DNA of 64,000 nucleotides, from assembly GCA_965232535.1 (NCBI GenBank), contig CBDDPW010000022.1:512519-576518 (forward strand). Reading direction: 5' to 3'. Position 1 is the stretch's first letter; every line of letters starts with the position of its first letter. Of this stretch, positions 19,700 through 31,638 are shown piece by piece. Made by a program: the position numbers and the translations under genes. The notes beneath the pieces were generated by a model that saw only the letters and a list, made by a program, of their open reading frames with translations, did no database searches and had not been told where the DNA came from. This stretch comes from Candidatus Poribacteria bacterium (GTDB taxonomy: Bacteria; Poribacteria; WGA-4E; JAJDTR01).

Positions 19700-20165
19700 G
19701 AGCATGCCATTATCCCTATTGGAATACTTCTTTCAGCAAGTAACTGCCTCACATTTCCATGTAGGAGGGAATCAAGCGAACGGATAGTGAGTAATCAAGT
19801 GAATGGATAACGAACGCGATAGAGCTCCCATAAAGATCTTCTTGCCCCGACGGTTTGTCTATAGCGCACATTATCCTTGGCGGAATGATTCCCTCATCAA
19901 GCGACACTCAACTCTCGCTCTGTGACTGGTTCCGAAAGAGTGTTACTTGGTAGCGTACCATTGTCCCTGTCGGAATAATTCTTTCCACAAGTAACATTCA
20001 CGGGTAAAGGTTCTTAGCCCCAGCGGGGCGGCAGGTGTATAGAAAACCGGAATCCCATAGAAACCTAGCCCCAGAGGGGCGACACGTGTATAGAAATCGA
20101 GAGTGTTACTTGAGAGCGTGCCATTATCCCTGTCGGGATAATTCTTTCAGCAAGTAACACATATG
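19700..20165. repeat. second cluster of family-A palindromic units, with a segmental duplicate of 16718-16860 and 42-bp tandem hairpin repeats
   Basis: 19706-19905 duplicates 16718-16860 with a ~70-bp insertion inside the GGGGCATCTTGCCCC hairpin. Family-A units lie at 19938-19997 and 20103-20160. Tandem TAGCCCCAG(C/A)GGGGCG..TGTATAGAAA units lie at 20015-20100. Confidence 0.7.
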
Positions 20166-20229
20166 CTACAATAATGAGGTTTGGTTTAGGCATTGCAAAG
20201 ACGGAAATTTTCTTGGTGTTTGTAAACCC

Positions 20230-20418
20230 GCTTGAGAGCGTCGTCCGGGTTATGCATGTTTTGTTCATTGGTGGACGCAAGCAAGATTCCCTTTCATGGG
20301 ATTTACTGCTTTGGTACCCCGTTTGGTAGACTAGAGATTCGAAGCATAACCCCGCCTGAACCGGTTTTGAAACCCATGTTGTATATTCCGAACCCTATCT
20401 CGGCAAGGAGAACTCGCC
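20230..20418 (+). ncRNA. candidate structured non-coding RNA in the IS110 5' region (possible bridge/seek RNA)
   Basis: Non-coding sequence directly upstream of the IS110 recombinase. It has a long-range 9-bp stem (CGGGTTATGC 20245-20255 / GCATAACCC 20344-20352) and further local hairpins. IS110-family recombinases are known to use an element-encoded guide RNA. No homology test was possible. Confidence 0.2.
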
Positions 20419-21825
20419 ATGAAAAGACGGCGTAAAACCGGCATTTCGAGAAAAGGACGATTCAAAGAACGTCCTCCTACCCAAGAGATTCAAGACGTGA
20501 ACGCTCTTGAACAAATAAATTATAACGCGGCAGGTCTCGACATCGGAGACGCTGAAATTTATGCCGCTGTCCCTGAAGGACGAGATAAAGACTGTGTGCG
20601 AGTCTTTAAGACTTTTACCGAAGACCTCCATCTCTTAGTGGATTGGTTACAGCATTGTTGCGTGACCACGGTGGCGATGGAATCAACAGGTATCTACTGG
20701 CTTCCAATCTATGAAATGCTTGAAGCACGCGGCTTTGAAGTGTATCTGGTGAATGCGCGTCATATTAAAAACGTTAGCGGTAAGAAGACTGACATCGAAG
20801 ATTGTCAATGGATACAGCAGTTGCATACCTATGGGCTGCTTTCGACTTCATTCCGCCCGGCTGAAGAGATTTGTGCCTCGCGCTCATTGGTGAGACATCG
20901 AGCCAATCTAATCGCTATGTGCTCGACACAAGTGCAGCATATGCAGAAGGCATTGCAACTGATGAATCTTAAGCTGACCAACGTCATCTCAGACATTACC
21001 GGTTTGACAGGCATGCGTATCATCAGAGACATCGTCAAGGGTGAACGCGATGCCCACCAATTGGCAGCCCATCGTGATGAGCGATGTACCAAAAGTGAAA
21101 AAGAGATTCGCAAATCTCTTGAGGGCAATTACAAGTCCGAACATGTGTTCGCCCTCAAGCAAGCGTTGCAAGCCTACGATTTTTATCAGCAGCAAATCAG
21201 CGATTGTGATGTAGAAATCGAAAAGTTTTATCAGAGGATTGAACCCCAGATTGACATCAAAGCGCACCCATTGCCGGAGAGTCAAAGAAAGCGGCGGCGT
21301 CCAAAGGGGAATGAGCCCTGTTTTAATTTGCGTCAACATCTGTATCAACTGAGCGGGGTAGATCTCACTCAGATTGAGGGAGTCAATGTGCTCAATGCAC
21401 AAGCGATATTGAGTGAAATCGGCATCGATATGAGCAAATGGCCTTCAGTCAAACATTTCACCTCCTGGCTGGGTTTATGTCCGAACAACCAAATCACGGG
21501 TGGCAAAGTGATGCAGCGTCAAACGCAGAAAAACAACAATCGTGCGGCACGCGCTCTGAGGCTGGCGGCGCAAGGCGTGTCAAATAGCAAAGGCGCCCTC
21601 GGCGGTTATTATCGTCGTCAGCGAGCGAGGCTCGGTCCTGCTCAAGCCATCACGGCAATCGCTCATAAACTCGCACGTATTATCTATGCCATGTTGAGAA
21701 ATCGGACGCCCTACCGTGAACCTCCTTCCGGCTACTATGAAGAACAGGCTCGCCAAAGGGCGGTTAAAAACCTGAAACGCAAAGCCAATCAGTTGGGATT
21801 TCATTTGGTTGCACAAGCAGCTTAA
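20419..21825 (+). CDS. IS110-family transposase/recombinase (DEDD N-terminal domain + Transposase_20 C-terminal domain)
   Basis: LDIGDAEIYAAV..., MESTGIYWLPIYEMLEARGFEVYLVNARHIKN and a C-terminal ...WLGLCPNNQITGGK... are IS110-family hallmarks. The N-terminal 30 aa of the 468-aa ORF are probably 5' UTR, so the true start is likely internal. Confidence 0.9.
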   Translation: MKRRRKTGISRKGRFKERPPTQEIQDVNALEQINYNAAGLDIGDAEIYAAVPEGRDKDCVRVFKTFTEDLHLLVDWLQHCCVTTVAMESTGIYWLPIYEMLEARGFEVYLVNARHIKNVSGKKTDIEDCQWIQQLHTYGLLSTSFRPAEEICASRSLVRHRANLIAMCSTQVQHMQKALQLMNLKLTNVISDITGLTGMRIIRDIVKGERDAHQLAAHRDERCTKSEKEIRKSLEGNYKSEHVFALKQALQAYDFYQQQISDCDVEIEKFYQRIEPQIDIKAHPLPESQRKRRRPKGNEPCFNLRQHLYQLSGVDLTQIEGVNVLNAQAILSEIGIDMSKWPSVKHFTSWLGLCPNNQITGGKVMQRQTQKNNNRAARALRLAAQGVSNSKGALGGYYRRQRARLGPAQAITAIAHKLARIIYAMLRNRTPYREPPSGYYEEQARQRAVKNLKRKANQLGFHLVAQAA

Positions 21826-22014
21826 ATCGGTTTTCCCATCTACGAAATTGAGGTGAAATCGAATTGTCGAAAACGCCTTCCAACACGCTTATTTTGTTAG
21901 TGTTACTTGGTAGGTTATCTATATCTGTTGATTCACGCACGTCCTTTGATGTATGATGAGGAAAACGATCAATTTGGCGATGCTCATTTTTTTGTGAACG
22001 TTAAATTTACGTAG

Positions 22015-24036
<2,022 letters not shown>

Positions 24037-24114
24037 GATCTCTTGGGTTGCCATCGAAACTCGACGTTTTCCTCCATCCCACCGGTCTTTTCATTTACCC
24101 ATTCTCGGATTGGA

Positions 24115-24143
24115 TTGATACGTTGACGTCAACCTGTTATAAT
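24115..24143 (+). promoter_or_regulatory. candidate sigma70 promoter TTGATA-N17-TATAAT with a 12-bp perfect palindrome GTTGACGTCAAC in the spacer
   Basis: TTGATA at 24115-24120 and TATAAT at 24138-24143. The palindrome lies at 24122-24133. This is ~40 bp upstream of the 24182 CDS start. Confidence 0.45.
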
Positions 24144-24181
24144 GCGGCCGCGCCAAGATGAAACTTCAAAGGAGTTAAGTT

Positions 24182-24946
24182 ATGCCTACATCGCAAATTG
24201 CAGCGCAACTGTATACCGTGCGCGATTTCACTAAAACGCCGGCTGATGTCGCCCAGACATTGAAGAAGGTGAAGCAACTCGGTTACGATGCCGTTCAATG
24301 TTCAGCGCTTGGTCCGATTGAGCCCGCCGAACTGAAACGACTCGTTGATGGAGAGGGATTGTGCATATGCGCGACGCACACCGACTATGAACGCATGCGC
24401 AATGAACCCCAGTCCGTGATTGATGAACATCAACTATTGGGCTGTAAGTACGTGGCGATAAGCAGCATACCCGGCGCCGATCGCAGCGCCGAAGGGTTTG
24501 CACGTTTCGCCAAGGAGGCCTCTGACGTGGCGCGGCGCCTCGGCGAAGGCGGACTCGTCGTATCCTACCATAACCACAGCTTTGAGTTGGAGCGATTTGA
24601 TGGTCGTACTGGCTTGGAAATACTATACGATGAAAGCGATCCCGATCTTCTAAAGAGCGAGCTTGATACGTATTGGATTCAACACGGGGGCGGCGATCCG
24701 GCGGCATGGATTCGCAACTTAAAGGGACGCATCCCGACAATTCATGTCAAGGATATGGAGATGAAGGGGAGCACTCAACTGTTTGCCGAAGTGGGAGAGG
24801 GAAATCTGAATTGGTCGGCAATTCTTGAGGCGAGCAGAGCTTCGGGCGTGGAGTGGTACATCGTCGAACAGGACACCTGCCAGCGCGATCCGTTTGAGAG
24901 TTTGGGAATCAGTTTGAGGAATTTGAAGGCGATGGGAGTTGAGTAG
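24182..24946 (+). CDS. sugar phosphate isomerase/epimerase (xylose-isomerase-like TIM barrel)
   Basis: 254 aa. The pattern ...YVAISS...YHNHSFE...IHVKD...WYIVEQD is typical of AP-endonuclease-2/xylose-isomerase-fold enzymes. Confidence 0.85.
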   Translation: MPTSQIAAQLYTVRDFTKTPADVAQTLKKVKQLGYDAVQCSALGPIEPAELKRLVDGEGLCICATHTDYERMRNEPQSVIDEHQLLGCKYVAISSIPGADRSAEGFARFAKEASDVARRLGEGGLVVSYHNHSFELERFDGRTGLEILYDESDPDLLKSELDTYWIQHGGGDPAAWIRNLKGRIPTIHVKDMEMKGSTQLFAEVGEGNLNWSAILEASRASGVEWYIVEQDTCQRDPFESLGISLRNLKAMGVE

Positions 24947-25275
24947 GGGACGGATCGTCTAGAATCTCGAATTAGTTTTCCTACCGAAGGGTGTTGTGTC
25001 AGATTTTTGCTTGTAGGGAGTTGCTATCTAGGCGTACATTAAAGATAGGAGTTCTGCGATTTGCAATTCCGGATGGTGGGCAGTTACGAGTTGAGTTTTA
25101 CTCGAAGTTCGATATGTTACGGCGGCATGAAACCCGGAAACGCGCTTTCTGAACACGATCTCTCATGAATTTCAGTTCGACCCAACCTGCGTATCAAATA
25201 ACGTGACCGGTCAACCCTGAAGACGGTTCCTGTTTTCGCACGAAATCTAAATTATCAACTAGGAATGGAAGTTTT

Positions 25276-26236
25276 TCTTAGAGCCTGTTTGAAAAGTCAT
25301 TTGATTCGATTTCGCATCAAGTAGATGGAAGCGATGTATACCATAGTTTCAGCAGTCTTAGGAAAGCGTTCATAATCCAAAGTCAATCGACGAAACCAAC
25401 CAAGCCAAGAGAATGTGCGTTCAACAATCCATCGTAACGGAACAACTTCAAACCCCTGCTGCCCTAGCGTAGATGCAATCTCTAGTTGACACTGATGAGC
25501 CAGATATAACCAGTCTTCTAATTCGCCGCGATAGGCGGCATCGGCACACACCAACTGAATTGTTATGTACCAGCTAAACACTTCTGTTAGTAACTCGATA
25601 GCTATCTGATTGTCACTAACATTGGCATCAGTGACTTTGACCATCAATGGAATACCCGTCGTATCCGTTACCAGATGGCGTTTGCGTCCTTTGACCTTCT
25701 TGTGACCATCAAATCCTCTAGTCTCCGCCAGTTCCGTCGTCTTAACGGATTGGCTGTCAATGATAGCTGCTGTCGGTGATGGTTGTTTGCCGCCATCACA
25801 ACGTGTTTGTTCGCGAAGTGCCTGATGAATCAAGAGCCATGTGTTGTCGACTTGCCACTTTCTGAAATGGTAATAGACGGTTTGCCACGGTGGCATATTA
25901 TGGGGTAGCATTCGCCACTGTCAACCGGACTTGACGACATAAAAGATAGCATTGATGATTAAGCACATCTCCCATTTTGGAGGTCTGCCTAATGGTTGAG
26001 GGGCTGGCAGAAACGAGGACAGTTTCTCCCACTGTGCATCAGTCAAATCACTGGGATAACGCTTGCGGTTCATGTTTACTCCTTTCATTGGTTCAGATTT
26101 AACTGCTCCAATGAGTAAACGTAAACATCAACCGTTCAGACAACTTTTTTCTTTTTCTAATAGGTTCTTGAGGGCATTTACCCCAAAATAGCCCTTTCTC
26201 TAAGGCGATTCCGGACTTTTCAAACAGGCTCTTAGC
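25276..26236 (-). mobile_element. IS5-family insertion sequence (DUF4096 + DDE_Tnp_1_2 type), ~960 bp, with ~21-bp terminal inverted repeats
   Basis: TIRs are CTTAGAGCCTGTTTGAAAAGTC (25276-25297) and GACTTTTCAAACAGGCTCTTAG (26215-26236). The element encloses the transposase gene. Confidence 0.8.
25297..26072 (-). pseudogene. IS5-family transposase with in-frame TGA stop (25921-25923) separating N-terminal DUF4096 part from DDE part
   Basis: Minus-strand translation from the ATG at 26070-26072: MNRKRYPSDLTDAQWEKLSSFLPAPQPLGRPPKWEMCLIINAIFYVVKSG*QWRMLPHNMPPWQTVYYHF... The stop replaces the Cys codon of the conserved GCQWR motif (TGC to TGA). Downstream is the DDE domain (..LVTDTTGIPL..CADAAY..ERTFSWL). 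Confidence 0.8.
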
Positions 26237-26599
26237 TCGACTTTGTACAAAAGTATAACGATTGGATTAGACGGGAAGCCATATAACACCAAACCTGTAG
26301 GCGGGGCATCTTGCCCCGCTGTGATGATACTGAAAACGGCTACCGACTTTTTCACAGGTCAACCGAAAAGACCAGATGGTTAAAATCTCTCCCGCTTTTC
26401 TCCAACGCTTTATTACCACCATCTGTTATACGGCTTGAATGTACAGAGTCGAGCTTAGTTGTTAAGTTCCGCATTATTTACGCACGTAAAAAAGGCGTTG
26501 AAAAGCTGAGCCCCCTTTGGCGCCGAATAGTGACTGCCTAGCCGCCCAACCCAACCTACGGTGCTAAAGTCATCGGACGGCACGGAGCCCGACTCTTAA

Positions 26600-26863
26600 T
26601 TATTCGGATTTGGATGACTTGACCGTATAGAATTTTTGCTTGCAATAGCCTTCAAATTGTGATACTATTTCTGTCCAGCCGCGAAGAACCTTTCCATCAG
26701 TGGAGGGAAAAACATCGCGGTTTTTTTGTGCGTCTGGCACTGCTGACAGGTGTTGAATCGCCGATGTTGAGAGACTTGAAATATCAGGTATAAATGGCGT
26801 TAGTGGCGCATTTGGGGCGCCTTTATGCGCCTGGTCGTCCGTGAAAGTCTTGTTGAGCGGCAT
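26600..26863 (-). CDS. hypothetical small protein (weak call)
   Basis: 87-aa ORF with no recognisable motif. It lies in a non-coding gap between IS5 and rimP and could be spurious. Confidence 0.25.
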   Translation of the reverse strand: MPLNKTFTDDQAHKGAPNAPLTPFIPDISSLSTSAIQHLSAVPDAQKNRDVFPSTDGKVLRGWTEIVSQFEGYCKQKFYTVKSSKSE

Positions 26864-26920
26864 TATTCTGAGAGTGGGGTGTTATTCCCGCTCTTTTATT
26901 TTTAGTGCACTAAATTCCAA

Positions 26921-27379
26921 ATGTCATCTTTGCTGAAATCCTCAATGGTCGAACTTCTTTCGCCTGTGCTCGATCGAGAGGGAATTGAGTTTGTCGATGT
27001 CGAATTTCAGGGTGAAGGCAATGCAAGGACGATACGATTTCTGATCTACAAACCCGGCGGTATCACTGTAAGGGATTGCCAACAGGTAAGCCGGATGGTT
27101 CACCCAATCCTTGAAGTTCACGGGTTGATAGATAGCGGAGTATCTCTCGAAGTTGCTTCACCGGGAATCGACCGACCGCTTGCCACCGAGGCAGATTTTC
27201 GCAGGAATGTTGGCCGGGCGGTTGAGATAGAGGCAACCTCTTCAACAGGCGAATCACTAAGATTGAACGGAATCATAACGGATGTCAAGGACGGAATGGT
27301 TTCCCTTGATGAATCCGGAAAATTAACCGAACTTCAAATTACAACTATCATAAGAGCTCAAATCCAACTGATGTGGTAA
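26921..27379 (+). CDS. rimP: ribosome maturation factor RimP
   Basis: 152 aa, ...LEVASPGIDRPL...F.R..GR.VEI.., immediately upstream of nusA. Confidence 0.85.
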   Translation: MSSLLKSSMVELLSPVLDREGIEFVDVEFQGEGNARTIRFLIYKPGGITVRDCQQVSRMVHPILEVHGLIDSGVSLEVASPGIDRPLATEADFRRNVGRAVEIEATSSTGESLRLNGIITDVKDGMVSLDESGKLTELQITTIIRAQIQLMW

Positions 27380-27575
27380 TACCATTTCTCTTGAATAACA
27401 GTGCGTATCATGTCTGAATCATATCGTTCACTTTCTACGTAGGCGGGGATCAAGTGACTGAATAAGGAACGCGATAGAGATCCCATCTTGCCCCGCCTTG
27501 AAAGAACTTGATTGACGCTATTAATGCACTGCGAATGTAGAGAAATGGTATAACATCTTGGGTAGTGGAGAGTAC

Positions 27576-28874
27576 ACCATGACAAGTGATTTGCTGATGA
27601 TTGTTCGTCAAATCATGGATCAAACGGAATTGCCGCAAGAGACCTTCATCGAAGCGATAGAAGCCGCACTCTATTCCGCAGCGAAGAGACGTTACGGTTC
27701 AACGCACGGGGTTACCATCAGGATAGACCCCGAGTTAGGCGAAATCAAGTGTTTTGTGCCTAAGAAGGTCGTCGAAATCATGCAGAGTTTCGCTAAAGAG
27801 ATTCCGATTGAGGAGGCGGTAAAACTTAAACCCGACGCCCAACTGGACGAGATGCTTGAGGTTGAAGTAGATCCTAAAGAGTTTGGAAGAATCGAGGCCC
27901 AAACAGCACGTCAGATTCTCGTTCAGAAAATCAAGGAAGCGGAACGGCAACAGGTCTATGAGGAATACAAAGACCGGGAGGGCGAGGTGGTTACCGGGCA
28001 CGTGCAGCGAATGGAGCGCGGGAGCCTTATTCTTGATCTGGAGCGGACGGAAGGGGTATTGCCGTTTAGCGAAATGCCTCATCCGAACAATTATCAGCGG
28101 AACGACGTTTTGAAGTGCCTTATCTTGGAAGTTCAAGACAGCGTTAAGGGGCCGCAGGTTGTCCTCTCTCGCACTCACAAGACTTTGGTTGCCCGTTTAT
28201 TTGAGATGGAAGTTCCCGAGATTTATGATGGGCTGGTCCGCCTGAAAGCCATTGAGCGAGATCCGGGCGATCGCGCGAAAGTCGCTGTTACCTCGACCGT
28301 TGATGATATAGATGCCGTTGGTACCTGCGTTGGTGTCAAGGGTTCTCGTGTGCAAACAGTTGTCCGCGAGTTGGATGGTGAAAAGATTGATCTCCTCGAG
28401 TGGGACGAAGATCCTAAAGTGTTTATAGCCAATGCGCTGCAGCCTGCCACGGTAGCTCGTGTCACGATTGGCGAGGATGAGAATGCGGAGGTTATTGTAC
28501 CGGACGACCAACTTTCGCTGGCGATAGGGAGACGCGGACAGAACGCCCGGCTTGCCGCACGGTTGACGGGGTGGAAAGTTGATATCAAGAGTGAGTCTGA
28601 GGCGGGGTCGCAATTCAAGGAAGAGATTGTTGGCGAACTCTTTGGAACAGAACCCGATGAAGTAGACGCGGCTTCAACTCAAAATACAGAGCCAGACTTG
28701 TCTGAGTTGGACGGAGTCGGCTCAAAAATTGCCACCGCTCTCAAAGATTCAGCATTTCCAACTGTTGAACTGGTTGCAAATGCTTCGTTGGAGGATTTAT
28801 CATCTATCCCGGGTATTGGCGTCAAGACGGCTGAGAAGATACAGCAATCCGCATTGGAAATTCTTGAACCATAG
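27576..28874 (+). CDS. nusA: transcription termination/antitermination factor NusA
   Basis: N-terminal NusA domain, S1 domain, two KH domains (..GRRGQNARLAARLTGWKVDI..) and a C-terminal HhH-like tail. The ORF opens at 27558 and the likely start is MTSDLL at 27576. Confidence 0.9.
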   Translation, partial: TMTSDLLMIVRQIMDQTELPQETFIEAIEAALYSAAKRRYGSTHGVTIRIDPELGEIKCFVPKKVVEIMQSFAKEIPIEEAVKLKPDAQLDEMLEVEVDPKEFGRIEAQTARQILVQKIKEAERQQVYEEYKDREGEVVTGHVQRMERGSLILDLERTEGVLPFSEMPHPNNYQRNDVLKCLILEVQDSVKGPQVVLSRTHKTLVARLFEMEVPEIYDGLVRLKAIERDPGDRAKVAVTSTVDDIDAVGTCVGVKGSRVQTVVRELDGEKIDLLEWDEDPKVFIANALQPATVARVTIGEDENAEVIVPDDQLSLAIGRRGQNARLAARLTGWKVDIKSESEAGSQFKEEIVGELFGTEPDEVDAASTQNTEPDLSELDGVGSKIATALKDSAFPTVELVANASLEDLSSIPGIGVKTAEKIQQSALEILEP

Positions 28875-28923
28875 ATAGACTGAAGAGAGTTAGCGCGAGA
28901 GGCTTCCAAAGTAAGGAGGCAAT

Positions 28924-29223
28924 GTGGCTGCTATTGCTCTACGTACCTGTATCGGATGCCGCGGAAAATTTCCGAAGAAAACATTGCTACGATTCGTGAA
29001 TCATTTAGAGTCACACCTCCGTGCGGACGTAACAGGAAAATTGCCCGGACGCGGGGCGTATGTGTGCGAGTCAAAGGATTGTATTACGGAGGCTTTCAAA
29101 TCACACAAGCGCGTCAATTCACTGTTGCGAACCAATCTCTCAAAAGAGGTTGTTATGCAGTTCAAACAGTGTCTTCTACATTCGGTGAGCCAAGATAGCG
29201 CAAGAGGGGGAGGACATCAATGA
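28924..29223 (+). CDS. ylxR: YlxR/DUF448 family RNA-binding protein
   Basis: RTCIGCRGKFPKKTLLRF...GKLPGRGAYVCESKDC, the conserved YlxR signature. It sits in its canonical place between nusA and infB. Confidence 0.8.
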   Translation: MAAIALRTCIGCRGKFPKKTLLRFVNHLESHLRADVTGKLPGRGAYVCESKDCITEAFKSHKRVNSLLRTNLSKEVVMQFKQCLLHSVSQDSARGGGHQ

Positions 29224-31298
29224 GAAAACGCAACGAGAAAAAGAAACCAGCCGTTGCTAAAAGGCAGGCAGAAGAAGCCAAGAACATCCGAATATATGAG
29301 TTGGCAAAGCAGTATGAGATAACTAGCAAGGATTTGATTGAAGAACTCCAACGCTATGGCATTGCAGTCAAGAATCATATGAGTTCTCTTGACGCCGAGA
29401 CGGTTGCACTGATCGAAGCGGAACGTAAGGGATCGGAGTCGCCCAAGCCAAAAAAACCTCAGAAAAAAGCCAAATCAGATACCAAGTCCTCTCGTGACAA
29501 ACCAACCGAGGCAGTTGTCGAATCAAAGCAGCCTATACCGGACGAATCTGCGCGATTGCAAATTCAGGAAAACGTCACGGTTGGGGAATTGGCTTCAACC
29601 TTGGGTTTCCGACCGCCGGAGATGATCATGCGCTTGATGAAGTTGGGCATAATGGCAAATGTAAACCAACGTCTTGGTTATGATGCCCTCCAAGCGATTG
29701 GAGAAACGTTTGATTTCGACGCACTCCGCGAATTGACCTTAGCAGAAAAGTTGCTGGTAGATGAAGAGGACAATCCGGCGGACATGGTTCCACGCGCACC
29801 GGTGACCACGATCATGGGGCATGTGGACCACGGTAAGACCTCTCTGCTCGATGCAATTCGAGAGTCGAACATCATGGAATCCGAGGCAGGGAATATCACT
29901 CAACACATTGGCGCGTATAATGTAAAATTTGAAACGGGAAACGTCGTTTTTCTTGATACGCCCGGGCATGCGGCTTTCACTGCCATGCGCGCCCGCGGTG
30001 CGCAAGTGACAGACGTGGTTGTTCTTGTGGTGGCTGCAGACGATGGCGTTATGCCGCAGACAATCGAGGCAATTAACCATGCAAAGGCAGCGGATGTTCC
30101 GATAGTTGTAGCTATCAACAAAATTGACACGGAAGGCGCCCGCATTGATTATGTGAAAGAGCAGTTGGGAAATCAGAATCTGATACCGGAAGATTGGGGC
30201 GGTCAGACGGTCTTCGTCGAGATATCGGCAAAGGAGAAGATTGGTATTGACTTCCTTTTGGAGATGCTACTGCTGGAAGCCGAGTTGCTTGAGTTAACGG
30301 CAAATCCGAGAGGGCCTGCGCGCGGTACGGTTGTCGAGGCAAAGTTGGATAAAGGGCGCGGTCCCGTGGCAACCGTGCTGATGCAAAACGGGACGTTGAA
30401 GGTAGGGGATGCATTCGTAGCCGGACGCTATTATGGAAAGGTTCGAGCGATGATGGACGACCTCGGACATCGGGCCAAAACAGCGGGACCATCAACTCCG
30501 ATAGAGGTTTTGGGTTTCACCGGGGTTCCCGAGGCGGGTGACCGATTCTATGCCGTCGAATCCGAGCGGGATGCGAAAGCGATTAGCGATTCTCGACTGG
30601 AAGAACATCGACAAGTTCAGCTCGGCCCACATAGTCACGTAAGCTTGGAAGACCTGTTCCAACACATTCAAGAGGGTGAAATCAAGGAGTTGAATATCAT
30701 TGTTAAAGGTGATGTTCAAGGGTCGGTGCAGGCAGTTTCAGATGAATTAAACAAGTTGAGCACGGCTGAGGTTAAAATTAATGTCATCCACCAAGCCGTA
30801 GGCGGAATTACAGAACCGGACATTTTGTTGGCTTCCGCATCGAATGCGATCGTCGTCGGATTCAACGTGCATCCCACGACGGGCGCCGTGCAACTGAAAG
30901 AGACCGAAAAAATTGATGTGCGAACTTACAACATCATCTACAATCTGATTTCCGATGTTCAGTCAGCCATGGAAGGTTTATTAGATCCGGAGGTCCGCGA
31001 GGTGGTTATCGGCAGAGCCGTAGTGCGAGACTTGTTCAAAGTGCCGCGCATGGGAACCGCCGCTGGCAGCTATGTCAATTGGGGTCGAGTAGCGCACAAC
31101 CGGCCGGTGCGAGTACTGCGCGATAACCGTCTGGTGTATGATGGCAAGGTCGATTCGCTTCGCCGATTCAAAGAAAATGTTAATGAAGTCCAAGCCAATT
31201 ACGAATGTGGGATTGGCATCAATGACTTCTCGGATTTCAAGATTGACGATGTCTTAGAATGTTACGTCTACGAACACGTTCGCCGAACCCTCAAGTAG
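29220..31298 (+). CDS. infB: translation initiation factor IF-2
   Basis: 692 aa. G-domain motifs [17 protein letters not shown] and NKID. The C-terminal IF2 beta-barrel domains are present. Confidence 0.95.
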   Translation: MRKRNEKKKPAVAKRQAEEAKNIRIYELAKQYEITSKDLIEELQRYGIAVKNHMSSLDAETVALIEAERKGSESPKPKKPQKKAKSDTKSSRDKPTEAVVESKQPIPDESARLQIQENVTVGELASTLGFRPPEMIMRLMKLGIMANVNQRLGYDALQAIGETFDFDALRELTLAEKLLVDEEDNPADMVPRAPVTTIMGHVDHGKTSLLDAIRESNIMESEAGNITQHIGAYNVKFETGNVVFLDTPGHAAFTAMRARGAQVTDVVVLVVAADDGVMPQTIEAINHAKAADVPIVVAINKIDTEGARIDYVKEQLGNQNLIPEDWGGQTVFVEISAKEKIGIDFLLEMLLLEAELLELTANPRGPARGTVVEAKLDKGRGPVATVLMQNGTLKVGDAFVAGRYYGKVRAMMDDLGHRAKTAGPSTPIEVLGFTGVPEAGDRFYAVESERDAKAISDSRLEEHRQVQLGPHSHVSLEDLFQHIQEGEIKELNIIVKGDVQGSVQAVSDELNKLSTAEVKINVIHQAVGGITEPDILLASASNAIVVGFNVHPTTGAVQLKETEKIDVRTYNIIYNLISDVQSAMEGLLDPEVREVVIGRAVVRDLFKVPRMGTAAGSYVNWGRVAHNRPVRVLRDNRLVYDGKVDSLRRFKENVNEVQANYECGIGINDFSDFKIDDVLECYVYEHVRRTLK

Positions 31299-31342
31299 AG
31301 ACGTAGCATTCGTGCAATGCAGGTCAGTAATCAAGAAGGCAC

Positions 31343-31624
31343 ATGCAAGTTGGTGTATGCAGGATTTTCTTGAGGATCCCGGAGAGCCAGTCTCTAAAGC
31401 AGAAACGTCAGGTGGTAAAAAGTGTCATTGATCGCGTAAAGAATCGGTTCAATGTCGCAATTGCGGAAGTTGGTGCTCTTGATTCCCATCAAACCGCGGT
31501 TCTCGCAACCGTGACCGTTTCGAACGATTCCAGACACGTCAACCGTATCTTATCGCATGTCGTAAACTTCATTGAAGATTCCGCCGCCGCCGAATTGACC
31601 GACTACGAGATTGAGTTGAACTGA
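31343..31624 (+). CDS. DUF503 family protein (YlxP-like)
   Basis: MQVGVCRIFLRIPESQSLKQKRQVVKSVIDRVKNRFNVAIAEV... matches DUF503. Conserved position between infB and rbfA. Confidence 0.8.
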   Translation: MQVGVCRIFLRIPESQSLKQKRQVVKSVIDRVKNRFNVAIAEVGALDSHQTAVLATVTVSNDSRHVNRILSHVVNFIEDSAAAELTDYEIELN

Positions 31625-31638
31625 GAGGGTGAGCCGAA

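Larger units (their letters stand above)
20170..21896 (+). mobile_element. IS110-family insertion sequence (approximate boundaries; no TIRs expected)
   Basis: The recombinase gene plus non-coding flanks lie between a complete family-A palindrome (20103-20160) and a partial one (21897-21911). The exact ends cannot be set without a second copy. Confidence 0.45.
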
